Shown: in pieces, positions 1 through 11,587 of the stretch
How the letters are laid out: each line of letters starts with the position of its first letter
Position numbering within the stretch: position 1 is the first letter of the stretch
Assembly: GCA_030390025.1 (NCBI GenBank)
Contig: CM059432.1
Location: 22,260,001-22,324,000 of the forward strand
Direction of reading: 5' to 3'
DNA: 64,000 nt
DNA from: Squalus acanthias
Lineage: Eukaryota
Notes under the pieces: model-generated
Databases searched by the model: none
Told to the model about the DNA's origin: nothing
Seen by the model: the letters and a program-made list of their open reading frames with translations, nothing else
Made by a program: the position numbers and the translations under genes

Positions 1-2172
1 CTCGTTGCACTTCCCCTTTTCCCAATCTATTGCCGTTCAGATAATAATCTGTCTTCCTGTTTTTGCCACCGAAGTGGATAACCTCGCATTTATCCACATT
101 ATACAGCATTTGCCATGCATCTGCCCAATCACCCAACCTATCCAAATCATACTGGAGTTTCTTTTCATCCTCCTCACAGCACACACGCCCACCCAGCTTT
201 GTGTCGTCTGCAAACTTGGAGATATTACATCTAGTTCCCTCGTCTAGATCATTTATATATATTGTGAATAGCTGGGGTCCTAGCACCAATCCCTGCGGTA
301 CCCCACTAGTCACTGCCTGCCACTCGGAAAAAGATCCGTTTATTCCAAATCTTTGCTTCCTGTCTGCCAACCAGTTCTCTATCCAAGACAGTACCTTACC
401 CCCAATCCCATGTGCTTTAACTTTGCACACTAATCTCTTATGCAGGACATTATCGAAAGCCTTCTGAAAGTCCAAATACACCACATCCACTTGTTCTCCC
501 TTATCTATTCTACCAGTTACATCCTCAAAAAATTCCAGTAGATTAGTCAAGCATGATTTACCTTTTGTAATTCCATGTTGACTTTGTCCGATCCTGTCAC
601 TGTTTTCCATGTGCTCTGCTATTACAACTTTTATAATGGACTCTAGCATTTTGCCACTACCGATGTCAGGTTTACCATTCTATAATTCCCCATTTTCTCT
701 CTACCACCTTTTTTAAATAGTGGGGTTACATTAGCTATCCTCCAATCCATGGGAACTGTTCCAGACTCTATAGAATTTTGGAAGATGACCAGCAATGCAT
801 CTACTATTTCTAGGGCCACTTCCTTAAGTACCCTAGGATATAGATTATCAGGCCCTGGGGATTTATCGGCCTTCAATCCCGTCAATTTCCCTAACACCAT
901 TTCCCTACAAATACTAATTGCATTCAATTCCTCCCTCTCATTAGACCCTATGTTCCCCAACATCTCTGGGAGGTTATTTGTGTCCTCCTTTGTGAAGACA
1001 GAACCAAAGTATGTATTTAATTGGTCTGCCCTTTCTTTGTTCCCCATTATAAATTCCCCTGATTCTGACTGCAAGGGACCTACGCTTGACTTCACCAATC
1101 TTTTTCTCTTCACATATCTATAGAAGCTTTTACAGTCAGTTTTTATGTTCCCTGCAAGCTTACTCTCATAATCTATTTTCCTCCTCTTAATTAATCCCTT
1201 TGTCCTCCTTTGCTGAATCCTAAACTGTTCCCAATCCTCAGGTTTGCTGCTTTTTCTGGCCAAATTATATGTTCTCTCCTTGGATCTTATGCTATCCCTA
1301 ATTTCCTTGTTAGCCATGGTTGAGTCACCTTTTTTGTCTTATTTTTATGCCAAACAGTGATGAACAAATTCTGTAGTTCATCCATGCGATCTTTAAATGT
1401 TTGCCATTGCCTATCCACCGTCAACCCTTTAAGTAACGTTCCCCAATCCATCCTAGCCAACTCGTGCCTCATACCATCGTAGTTTCCTTTATTTAAATTC
1501 AGGACCCTAGTCTCTGAGTCAACTACTTCACTCTCCATCTTAATGAAGAATTCTATCATATTATGATCGCTCCTCCCCAAGGGGCCTCGCACAATAAAAT
1601 TGCTAATTAATCCTTTCTCATTACATAATACCCAGTCTAAGATGCCCTGACCTCTAGTTGGTTCCTCGACATATTGGTCCAGGAAACCATCCCGTATACA
1701 CTCTAGGAATTCCTCCTCCACAATATTGTTACTAATTTGGTTAGCCCAATCTATATGTAAAATAAAGTCACCCATGATAACTGCTGTGCCCTTATTGCTA
1801 GCGTCTCTAATTTCTCTTTTAATACCATCCCCAACCTCAGCGTTACTGTTTGGAGGACTGTATACAACTCCCACTGATGTTTTCTGCCCCTTGGTATTTC
1901 TCAACTCTGCTCATACAGATTCCACATCATCAGAGCTAATATCTTTCCTTACTATTGTGTTAATCTCCTCTTTAATCAGCAATGCTACCCCACCTCCTTT
2001 TCCTTTTTTCCTGTCCTTCCTGAATATTGAATAACCCTGGATGTTGAATTCCCAATCTTGGTCACCCTGGAGCCATGTCTCCGTAATCCCAATTATATCA
2101 TATCCGTTTACATCTATTTGCGCAGCTAATTCATCCACCTTATTACGAATGCTCCTCGCATTAAGACACAAA

Positions 2173-2932
2173 GGGGTAAAAATTGAGTCGCGCCCCATTT
2201 GGGGTGCTAACCTCGCCGGGGCGCGACTTTTAGCGCCCCGAAAAAATTAGCGGCCCCGCGCCGGAACTTCAGTGGTTGCGCCCCAAGAGGGAAGCGGGGC
2301 GCCACTGGAAGCACCCCGCATCCCTCTTGGGGCGCTGCGAGTGAATATCCTGGCGCTACGTGCCGCAGCGCCACCGCGCCGCGGTATTGCAGGCCTTCCT
2401 CCCCTTCTTAAAGGGGAGGGACCCTGCGCAGCGCGAACCGGGGCCCAGCTGGGCCCCCAGGGATCGGGAGTGCCGGCAAAAGAGCCCGGCACTCAAGAGA
2501 AGTGCCGGGCTCTTGGAGCGCAGCCGGCACTTCACAGTGGGGGGGCTTCACGGGGGCCGGGGACAGCAACGGGGGCAGGTGCTGGCAGGCGGCCAGCAAC
2601 AAAAATGGCCGCCTGCCACCTCCCCTTTAAATATCGCCGCCCCGGCCGCACGTACGCCTCCCTGAACCCGTCGGACATAGCGTCTGGCGGTAAATCAGGG
2701 GGCGCGACTGAAGATCACGGCCGGGGCGCGAGCGGGGTGCTGCGCACGGCGATGACGTCATCGCCGGCGGCGCAGCGCCACAGGGTGCTACCGGCTGCCG
2801 CCGCCTGCTAACCTCCCACTAAATTTTTCGGGAGGCGTGGGCGGCGCTGCGCCCAGGCGTTAGCTGCTTTACGCCCCATTAGCGCCCTCTTAAGGCGCTA
2901 ACGGGAGGCGCAAGCAGCTGAATTTTTCCCCC
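2173..2932. mobile_element. Harbinger-family MITE (760 bp, GC/CpG-rich)
   Basis: TIRs GGGGTAAAAATT / AATTTTTCCCCC; 3-bp TSD AAA (2170-2172, 2933-2935). Removing it restores the CR1 endonuclease (KALCLNARS). The right end is nearly identical to 19790-19846. Confidence 0.92.
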
Positions 2933-3155
2933 AAAGCCTTCAGGCTTGATTTTTTAACACTCTTAGTCCTTTTAGAATCATTATTTACTGTGGCCCTGTT
3001 TGATTTACACCCTTGATTTCTCTGCCTTCCACTTTTGCTTTTCTCCTTCCTGTCTTGTGTTTCTATCCTTGCTTCCCTTTCCTCTGTCTCCCTGCACAGG
3101 TTCCCAACCCCCTGCCATTTTAGTTTAAACCCTCCCCAACAGCACTAGCAAACAC

Positions 3156-4055
3156 TCAACCTCGGACATCAGTTCTGGTCCCGCCCAGGTGCAAACCATC
3201 CAGTTTGTACTGGTCCCACCTCCCCCAGAACCGGTTCCAATGTCCCAAGAATTTGAATCCCGCCCCCTTGCACCATTCCTCTAGCCACGTATTCATCTGA
3301 AATATCCTTCTATTTCTACTCTGACTAGAACGTTGCACTGGTAGCAATCCTGAGATTACTACCTTTGAGGTCCTATTTTTTAATTTACCTCCTAACTCCC
3401 TATATTCAGCTTTTAGGTCCTCATCCCATTTGTTACCTATATTGTTGGTACCTATATGCACCATGACAACTGGCTGTTCACCCTCCCCCTCCAGAATGCC
3501 CTGCAGCCACCCTGAGACATCCTTGACCCTTGCACCAGGGAGGCAACATATCATCCTGGAGTCTCGTTTCCGGCCACAGAAATGCTTATCTATTCCCCTT
3601 ACAATAGAATCCCCGATCACTAAAGCTCTCCCGCTCTTTTTCCTCCCATCCTGTGCAGCAGGACCACCCATGGTGCCAGGATGTTGGCTGCTGCTGCCTT
3701 CCCCCGATAAGCCATCTCCCTCAACAATATCCAAAGTGATATATCTGTTTGAAAGGGGGATGGCCACACGGGACCCCTGCACTACCTGCCTGCGCCTACT
3801 ACTCTGCCTGGTGGTCACCCATTCCCTTCCTGCCTGTGCAGCCTTTACCTGCGGTGTGACCAACTCCCTAAACGTGCTATCCACGATGTCCTCAGCATCG
3901 CCAATGCTCCAGTATGTATTCATTCACAGCTCCAGCACCGCAATGCGGTCTGTCAGTAGCTGCAGCTGAATACACTTCCCACACACATGGGAAGTGTCCC
4001 TGATTTCCCACATAGTGCAGGAGGAGCATGCCACAGGGCCGAGCTGTGCTGCCAT
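3156..4055 (-). pseudogene. CR1 ORF1 with N-terminal Cys-rich region and SGNH/GDSL esterase domain, interrupted
   Basis: ATG at 4055 (MAAQLGPVACSSCTMW..CGKC), stop at 3924-3926, then ORF 3156-3923 with VIGDSIVRG, CLPGARV, VHIGTNN, LDGLHL. Confidence 0.88.
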
Positions 4056-4298
4056 GACTTATCTTTTAATTAATTCAAATTAAATTAAATCAAATCAATA
4101 CCACAAATTACACTACAATTAAATGATATACTCAAGGGCCCTTGTTTACTAGCACTCTCCGCTACACAACAGAGACCCTAGAAACTATAAACCACAAAAA
4201 TTAAATTTGGAAAAAAGCGAGAAAGAGAGAAATACTCACCAACCAATCACTTATTGCTTTCTGGTGACGTCACACTTCGATTACTTTTTACTTCTCTC

Positions 4299-4440
4299 TG
4301 CTGCTGCCGGTGAGTCTGGGCCGCTCTCTCTCCCCACTCTTTAACTCCTCGGTCTCTGCGCTCAGTATCCACCCAGGGCCGCTCTTCTGCTGCCACTGGT
4401 GAGTCTCGGCCGCTCTCTCTCCCCGCACTTTAACTCCTCG
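4299..4440. repeat. Imperfect direct duplication (~55 bp, period ~88 bp) in the CR1 5' region
   Basis: ggtgagtct(g/c)ggccgctctctctcccc..ctttaactcctcg occurs at ~4309-4351 and ~4398-4440. Confidence 0.75.
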
Positions 4441-4443
4441 CTC

Positions 4444-6454
4444 TCAATTACAGCTGTGAGGAGGGAGGATATCGTAGAAGGATCATCAAATGAGGCCATA
4501 TGGGTTGAACTGAAAACCGAAAAAGGGGCTATCACACTGCTGGGAGTGTACTATAGACCTCCGAACAGTCAGAGGGAGATAGAAAAGCAAATATGTAGGC
4601 TAATTTCTGAGACGAGCAAAAATAGGGCAGTAATAGTAGGGGATTTGAACTTCACTAATATTAACTGGGATAAAATTAGTGTGAAAGGTTTAGAGGGAGC
4701 AGAATTCTTAAAATGCATTCGAGAACTTTTTTAGCCTGTACGTAGCAAGCCCAACAAGAGAGGGGGCGGTTCTGGACCTTGTTTTAGGGAATGAAGTTGG
4801 GCAGGTGGAAAGGGTATCAGTGGGAGAGCATATTGGTGGTAGTGATCATAATTCAGTTAGATTTAGGGTAGCTATGGAAAAAGACAAGGATAGACCAGGA
4901 ATAAAAGTTCTCAATTGGGGAAAAGCTAATTTTACTAAGCTGAGAGGTGATTTAGCCAAAGTGGACTGGAGACAGAAACTTGAAGGTAAATCAGTGTCAG
5001 GGCAGTGGGAGGCATTGAAGGAGGAGATAGTGAGGGTTCAGAGCAAGTGTGTTCCCTTAAAGAAAAAGGGTGGGAATAACAAATCTAGAGCTCCCTGGAT
5101 GTCAAGGGGCATACAGGGTAGGATAACGAAAAAAAGGGAAGCTTATGACAGATACCGAGGACTCAATACTGCAGAAAGCCGAGAGGAGTATAGAAAGTGC
5201 AGAGGTGAAATTAAAAAGGAAATTAGGAAAGCAAAGAGAGGACATGAAAAAATATTGGCAAGGAAATCAAGGAAAACCCAAATATGTTTTATAAATACAA
5301 AGAGCAAGAGAATAACTAAAGTAAGAGTAGTGCCTATTAGGGACCATAAAGGTAACCTGTGTGTGGAAGCGGAAGACATGGGTATGGTTCTTAATGAATA
5401 CTTTGCATCTGATTTCACAAAAGAGAGGGACGATGCAGACATTGCAATCAGGGAGGAGGAGTGTGAAATATTAGATTAAATAAACATAGTGAAAGAGGAA
5501 GTACTAAGGGGTTTAGCATCTTTGAAAGTGGATAAATCCCCAGGTCCGGATGAAATGTATCCCAGACTGTTAAGAGAAGTAAGAGAGGAAATAGCAGAGG
5601 CTCTGACCATCATTTTCCAATCCTCTCTGGCTACAGGTGTGGTGCCAGAGGACTGAAGGACTGCTAACGTAGTACTGTTGTTTAAAAAGGGAGGAAGGGA
5701 TAGACCGAGTAATTACAGGCCAGTCAGCCTAACCTCGGTGGTGGGATAATTATTGGAAAAAATTCTGAGGGACAGGATAAATCTTCATTTAGAAAGACAC
5801 GGATTAATCAGGGACAGTCAGCATGGATTTGTTAAGGGAAAGTTGAGTCTGACTAACTTGATAGAATTTTTTGAGGAGGTAACAAGGAGGGTCGATGAGG
5901 GTAGTGCATTTGATGTAGTCTATATGGATTTTAGCAAGGCTTTTGATAAGGTCCCGCATGGCAGAGGAGATTTACGAGGATGTTGCCTGGGCTGGGGAAT
6001 ATTAGCTATCAGGAAAGATTGGATAGGCTGGGGTTGTTTTCTTTGGAACAGAGGAGGCTGAGGGGAGATCTAATTTAGGTGTATAAAGTTATGAGGGGCC
6101 TAGAGAAAGTGGATAGGAAGGACCTATTTCCCTTAACAGAAGGGTCAATAACCAGGGGGCATAGATTTAAAGTAATTGGTCAGAGGTTTCGAGGGGATTT
6201 GAGGAGAAATGTTTTCACCCAGAGGGTGGTGGGGGTCTGGAACTCACTGCCTGAAAGGGTGGTAGAGGCAGAGACCCTCATCACATTTAAAAAGTACTTG
6301 GATATGCACTTGAAGTGCCATAACCTACAAGGCTACGGACAAAGTGCTGGAAAGTGGGATTAGGGTGGATAGCTCTTTGTCGGCCGGCACGGACAAGATG
6401 GGCCAAATGGCCTCCTTTTGTGCTGTAAATTTCTATGATTCTATGATTCTATGA
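4444..6454 (+). mobile_element. CR1 LINE, 5'-truncated, with an internal RT deletion at ~5963
   Basis: Endonuclease/RT fragments ([36 protein letters not shown]) joined directly to the C-terminal region; 3' tail (TTCTATGA)3 at 6431-6454. Confidence 0.93.
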
Positions 6455-7717
6455 ACAGTTTGGCACAGGAGAAAGAACACATATTACTGTTTAACTAAAA
6501 GTGGTCAATGAAAAACAGTTAATACCTCATATACTCGTACCGGATTTGAAGGTGGGGTATTTTGCTTTGCAGAGGTCACAATCTCTGAAGCACCTCCTTT
6601 GTGGTGCTTTACAAACTTATTGGGCCATTGCTAATGAATGAAAATAAAATATGATCTAGTGTGTGTATGTTGAAAATATACATTTGTGTCACTAAATTCA
6701 AAGTCAATGAGAAATGAATTACAACTAGATCCTTTCAGATTTAAGGCATTAAGCAGCTTCTGCTACTTTAGAAAATCCCTCTTGCAGACGACTTGACTTG
6801 TCCAGTAGGATCTAACTTGTTACCCAATGGCACTGCTGTTAAAACACTGATTATGCATCAAGGGATCATCTCTAAATGACATACTCAAACTGACATGTCA
6901 TTACAGCTTGTATTCTGAAATCCATCTCACAATGTAAACAGGACAGAGTCCAGAGCACAAGGAGCGCCAGCATATTGTAAAACTCAGAAATGGTTCTACA
7001 ATATATACTGGTTTTAATTCAAACCCATAACTGACCTAGGAATACTTGCTACTGATGTTGTGTGCAAACACTCGGAAAGTGATTCATTTTCAGCACATTA
7101 TCCTGCATCAGGACAAGCACTGAACATTACGTAAAGAAAAGCAGAAGGTAGTTGATGGGATATTACAAAATAGAAATTTTATACAGTTTTCTACTTAGTG
7201 AAGGAACCATTCAAATATGTATTATGTCAAAGATTCTGGAATATCAGACATCCTAATTAAGGGAGCTCTCTGCTATGCTTGGCAGTTGCAAGATCAAAAG
7301 GTAGTTGCAGATGAGGAATTCCATACACTATCCATACAGTCCACGCAGACAATTGCTATGTAAATTATTTCATGGTTTTTGCCTTAATTTCCATCTTTGG
7401 AAGTCATTCCATGTGCTGATCATTCTTTGTATGAAGAATTATTTCCTGTGCTCAAGATGTGGTCTGCTAGTGCACTGTACAGGTTTGCTGGTGTACTGAT
7501 TTGGCTGTATAAGTCAGCATTCTATTTTGCTTTGTTAATTCTGCTGCTTAGTGACTGGACATGTTAAACACAGGGGCGAATTTTTCAGGGGGTCAGCGGG
7601 CGCGTTCGGTGGCGGGTCGGCTGGTAAATTTTGTTTTGACAGCGGGTCGGGACCCCGCTGTCAACCTGTCGCCACGCGACTTTCACAGATGTCGGGTCTG
7701 TCAGGGCTGTACAGACC

Positions 7718-9423
7718 TGTAAGGTTTCCAAAATTTGCAGATCCCCCAAAACCTAAGGAAACGAAACTTTGGAACTACCTCAGAGTGATAATATTGTATT
7801 TGGGCCTAACCTAAGAGACTGTAAGACCAAAAACCAAGTTTTGGGATTTTAAAACTACGTCTGGGCCTGTAAAGGGAGAAAAGACTGTGAAGGAAGTTGG
7901 GTGCGACCTCTGTAAAAGCAGTTTGGGTATTGCAGTTAATTGCATTGTCTGGGGAACCGGGATGACCTCACTCAAAGCCCCAGCATGCATTAACATTTTG
8001 ACAATAGACCCCAGGAGAAGACAGTCCCACCCAAAATAACAGGCCCCATCAAACCGATTACAGGGCCCATCAAGAAACATGCATAATACAGAGCACCCAG
8101 GACTAGGCTATAGATCAGCCTAGTAACACAAAACACAAAACCAATCACCAGCAATCAGCCAAGGAGATCGACAGGATGCAAACCATCCCAAAACCCATTT
8201 GACACTTACAGAGCAGTTACTGGTAGCAGGCCTGCCAAATTCAGACAATGAACTGAACAGATTTGGCGGGTAGATAAGGCCATATTCAATGGGTAAGATT
8301 GAAGGCCTGTTAAAACCCAGTTAACGTGCTAGTAAATCGTTACCGATTTACGAGCCCGCCAAAACTAGACAATGAACTGAACAGATTTGGCGGGTAGATA
8401 AGGCCACTTCAATTCTGTATAATTGAAGGCCCTCCCAGCACACACCAGAGGAAGAAGAGAGAGAAACACCACAGTTCAAAGTCGTTGGGCCGAGCAGTCA
8501 GTCGCAACCGGTGGTCATCAGAAGGAAGAGAGACCAAGAAGAAGAAGGCCTGAGCTGAAAGCGAGTCAGCATCGCTCACCACTCAGACACACCTGAGTCC
8601 AGCTCGCAAAGACACCAACTCGACGGACCTCCAACAACGGCCCCAACACAGTCACCCAGAGCAACAAGCAGCAACAAGTCACCGACGGCTCCACGAGGTC
8701 AACCGACAGCCCAATCAAGGCCTAAAGCCATCACGGAAACTTAAGGCATCACAAAACCAACGACCGCGCATTACCCCCAACTGACTGGGTAATCGCAGGC
8801 CACTGCGACCAACAAAGACCAACTCCAGGGAAGAAAACCCGAAGAATCGCAAAGTTTCCACACTACAAACTACTCCTGACTTACCCCTGGGTAAGATTTT
8901 CCCCAAAGACTCTAAGCCCTACTGCTCAACTAAAGAAATTGGGTACTCACCAGATAAATCCATAACGACATCCTACCGCATCAGCGGACTCGCGAAGACT
9001 GACCAGAGACCCAGGTGAAGTCCTCTACCGCATATGGGGTACGGCAGACACTAACCGCCATAAACAGCGAACCCCAAAACCACGATTTAGCCCAACTGTC
9101 ACAGGATTGGTGAGCATTATCCCTGGTGCTTCAAAACCTAACTTAGCTAGTAAAGTGGGGTTGGGAGGGGTGAAGTATTGTTCTACTGTCATTTCCCTCG
9201 CTTGTACCGAAGTGTTCCCCACCTTTTAAAGTGATAAGAGTGTTATTATTTGTGTCTTACCTTTTAATAAAGATTGAAGTTCTTTCATCAAACTCAGTTG
9301 TCTGCTGCACCTTTTGTATCACAACCCCCAAATAAGTCCAAGGTCTAGAACCAAGGGAGTGGGAGCGATTCGAACCGCTCAGAAGTCAGAGGTAAAGCTG
9401 ACACAAAAACACCACCCCCTACA
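7718..9423 (+). mobile_element. Solo LTR, long family A (1706 bp)
   Basis: TGTA...TACA termini; 4-bp TSD GACC (7714-7717, 9424-9427); TATA-like TATAATT ~8418; AATAAA ~9266; block homology to 21798-23583. Confidence 0.88.
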
Positions 9424-10539
9424 GACCAGATACGCAGCGGCGGGGAAGGCAATTCAGGTCATTATGACCTTGTTAACAGCGTTTTTAAAAATTATTTTGA
9501 GCTCTACTTACCATTTTACGAGGTCGCCCATGAGGGCCACGCTGCTCAGGGATCACGTCAGGTAAGGAGGTCGGGAGTTGTATGACCATGGAATCATCTC
9601 ATTACCTGACAGCTGCAAATGTGCTATAAAAGCTCCCATCTCACAGCTGTTCACTTTCCAAGCTCAGAAGCTATTGCTTACTGAATTTGGAACACAGATT
9701 GAGCTTTATGCCTGTTGCAAGTGTTTGGAGTAAACTCTCTATCCAGTGTCACCTCATTGGGACAACCTCTCTCACCACTGACAGATCGCTTCTGTCATCT
9801 TAAGTTCACCTGCCATCTATTACATCAGCATCAGTGCCCTTGAAACTATCTCACTTTAGTCCTCAGAGTCCCACCACGATCAGCCCCAACACCAGCAGCA
9901 CCAGGCACACCAGCAGCACCAACAACAACACCAACCTTCTCCACAATCAACTGATGCTGCACAGGACAGAGGGCATCAGCACCCGACCACATTGCTGCTT
10001 GGGATGCCAAGGTTGGCCTCACCATGACCAGATTTACTTCACTTGACACTGTACACCCTGGCTGCCATATGATGTGCCAGGTTGGCACCACCCCACACCA
10101 ACACCATGAAGCATCCCTACAATGCACAAGCAATTCCTTTCACACTCATCACCATTGCTGGCGGTACCGTTATGTCTCATCATTCACTGCAACTCATTAA
10201 GACACTTTCAAAGGTGCACACAGATCTGTACAAGAATGCAAAATGTTGAAAATAAAGATTTCAATGTTTGACAGCACATTAACAGAAACTTTACATGAAT
10301 ATTGGCTAAAACACCCCAGTGCCTACCCTTGTGTGTTGTTAGTTGGTATGTTTGGACTAGGATGAGGGTGAGTGTGAGGGGTGACTTGTGAGATGGGGAT
10401 GTGATAATGTAGATAGAGAGGGATGAGTGGAGGTGCAAGGTAAGTTGGTGTGAGTAAGGATGTGCAGAAGTAGGGTAGGGAAGGCAGAGTGATGGGGATG
10501 TGATGAGAGGCACAGCAGGATAAGGTTGTGTGTGGCTTT

Positions 10540-10790
10540 GCAGTAACATTTTGTGATCTACTGAGATCATTGAAAGGTTTGTACTACTGCAACCTGGTCC
10601 TCCTGACGACATCCCTGCTTGTGTCCTCCTGTGCAATGTGCAACCAGGCTGCATTGATCTCCTGGGGAGGTCTCTTCCGCCCATTGGAAGGGAAGAGAAC
10701 CTCCCTGTGTGCTGTGACTTCCTCCATAAACATATGGAGGGTGTCATGGGGGAGCCTGGATGCAGCGGTGCACCTCTGTGCAGTCATTGT
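10540..10790 (-). pseudogene. Harbinger Myb/SANT-like DNA-binding protein, exon-1 remnant
   Basis: EEVTAHREVLFPSNGRKRPPQEINAAWLHIAQE..RRTRLQ* is homologous to EVLFPSSGRKKPPQQTKAV at 57162-57401. Confidence 0.8.
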
Positions 10791-11587
10791 CAGTGTTTGC
10801 AGCACCTCAATGCTGTAGAACCCTGACAGCACAACTGTCAAAATCAATTTTGCGCATAGTCCCTTTAAGGAAACTGGCTGATGAAGCGTCATGAAATGAT
10901 GTCATCAGACCCGCTTCCTTCAATTATCCGGCAAGCGCGCTGGGCAGGCTTACAAGCCCAATCAACGTAAAATTATTCTACACAGTGGGCTGGAGCCAGC
11001 AGCAGGATCAGGACCCGCCACCGACATCGCCCGCCATGGACCCGCCGAGGTAGGGGAAATCGCGGCCACTATTGAGACCTCTTGACCTCTTTCCACTTTA
11101 TATTAGCTACATCTATTTTTTCTTCCAATGTACAACACTTTCCACCTATCCACACTGAACATCATCTGACATATTTTACTTGATTCATTTTGCTTATCTT
11201 TGCTGTGTCACCTCTAGCTTTGTATCATCTGCAAATTCAAACCTGTTCAATAAAAAATGCCAAAAAAAATCATGCCAAGTATCAAATTGTAAAATCTGCT
11301 TTCATGTTCAAATTCTGGAGTGTATGCACATTTCACATCATCATAGAATGCACTCAAGCATGCAGGAGAACCATTAATCAAAACACAAAACATTGTCTCA
11401 CATTGTAATCACATTACTGAAGCACTAATTCTTTCTCTTTAATCCTATATTTCAGAACGTTGTTGTAATAGAGCCACCTGGTGGACTACTGATGTATATA
11501 ATAATAATGCCATATGCAGTACAGCTCTTACCGGAAGCCATGTTGTGCTGTTGTGTATATATGCTGTGTCTCAAGATATCACAGAAT

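Larger units (their letters stand above)
1..4440 (-). mobile_element. CR1 LINE, 5' portion (5'UTR, ORF1, ORF2 endonuclease and start of RT), degenerate, runs off the window start; interrupted by a MITE at 2173-2932
   Basis: Minus-strand ORF fragments: APE endonuclease (LCLNARSIRNK, GITETWL, MGDF, LGRSDHN), KSPGPD..YPRVLKE, WRIANVTPLFKKG. Several stops and frameshifts. The 5' boundary is approximate. Confidence 0.93.
7573..11067. mobile_element. Old, internally deleted Harbinger element hosting a solo LTR
   Basis: Degenerate TIRs GGGGCGAATTTTT / GGGGAAATCGCGGCC; flanks ACA/ACT. Contains a Myb/SANT exon-1 remnant on the minus strand and a CAG/CAA-rich tract (~9870-9940) like the transposase N-terminus at 53960. 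Confidence 0.7.

Noticed and set aside
63..1123. Plus-strand ORFs antisense to CR1 (also 20584-21021, 57995-58382, 18116-18736)
   Set aside because: These are shadow frames of transposon coding sequence on the opposite strand.
2247..2811. Several GC-rich ORFs (up to 179 aa)
   Set aside because: They lie inside a MITE; stop-poor frames follow from high GC and show no domain motifs.
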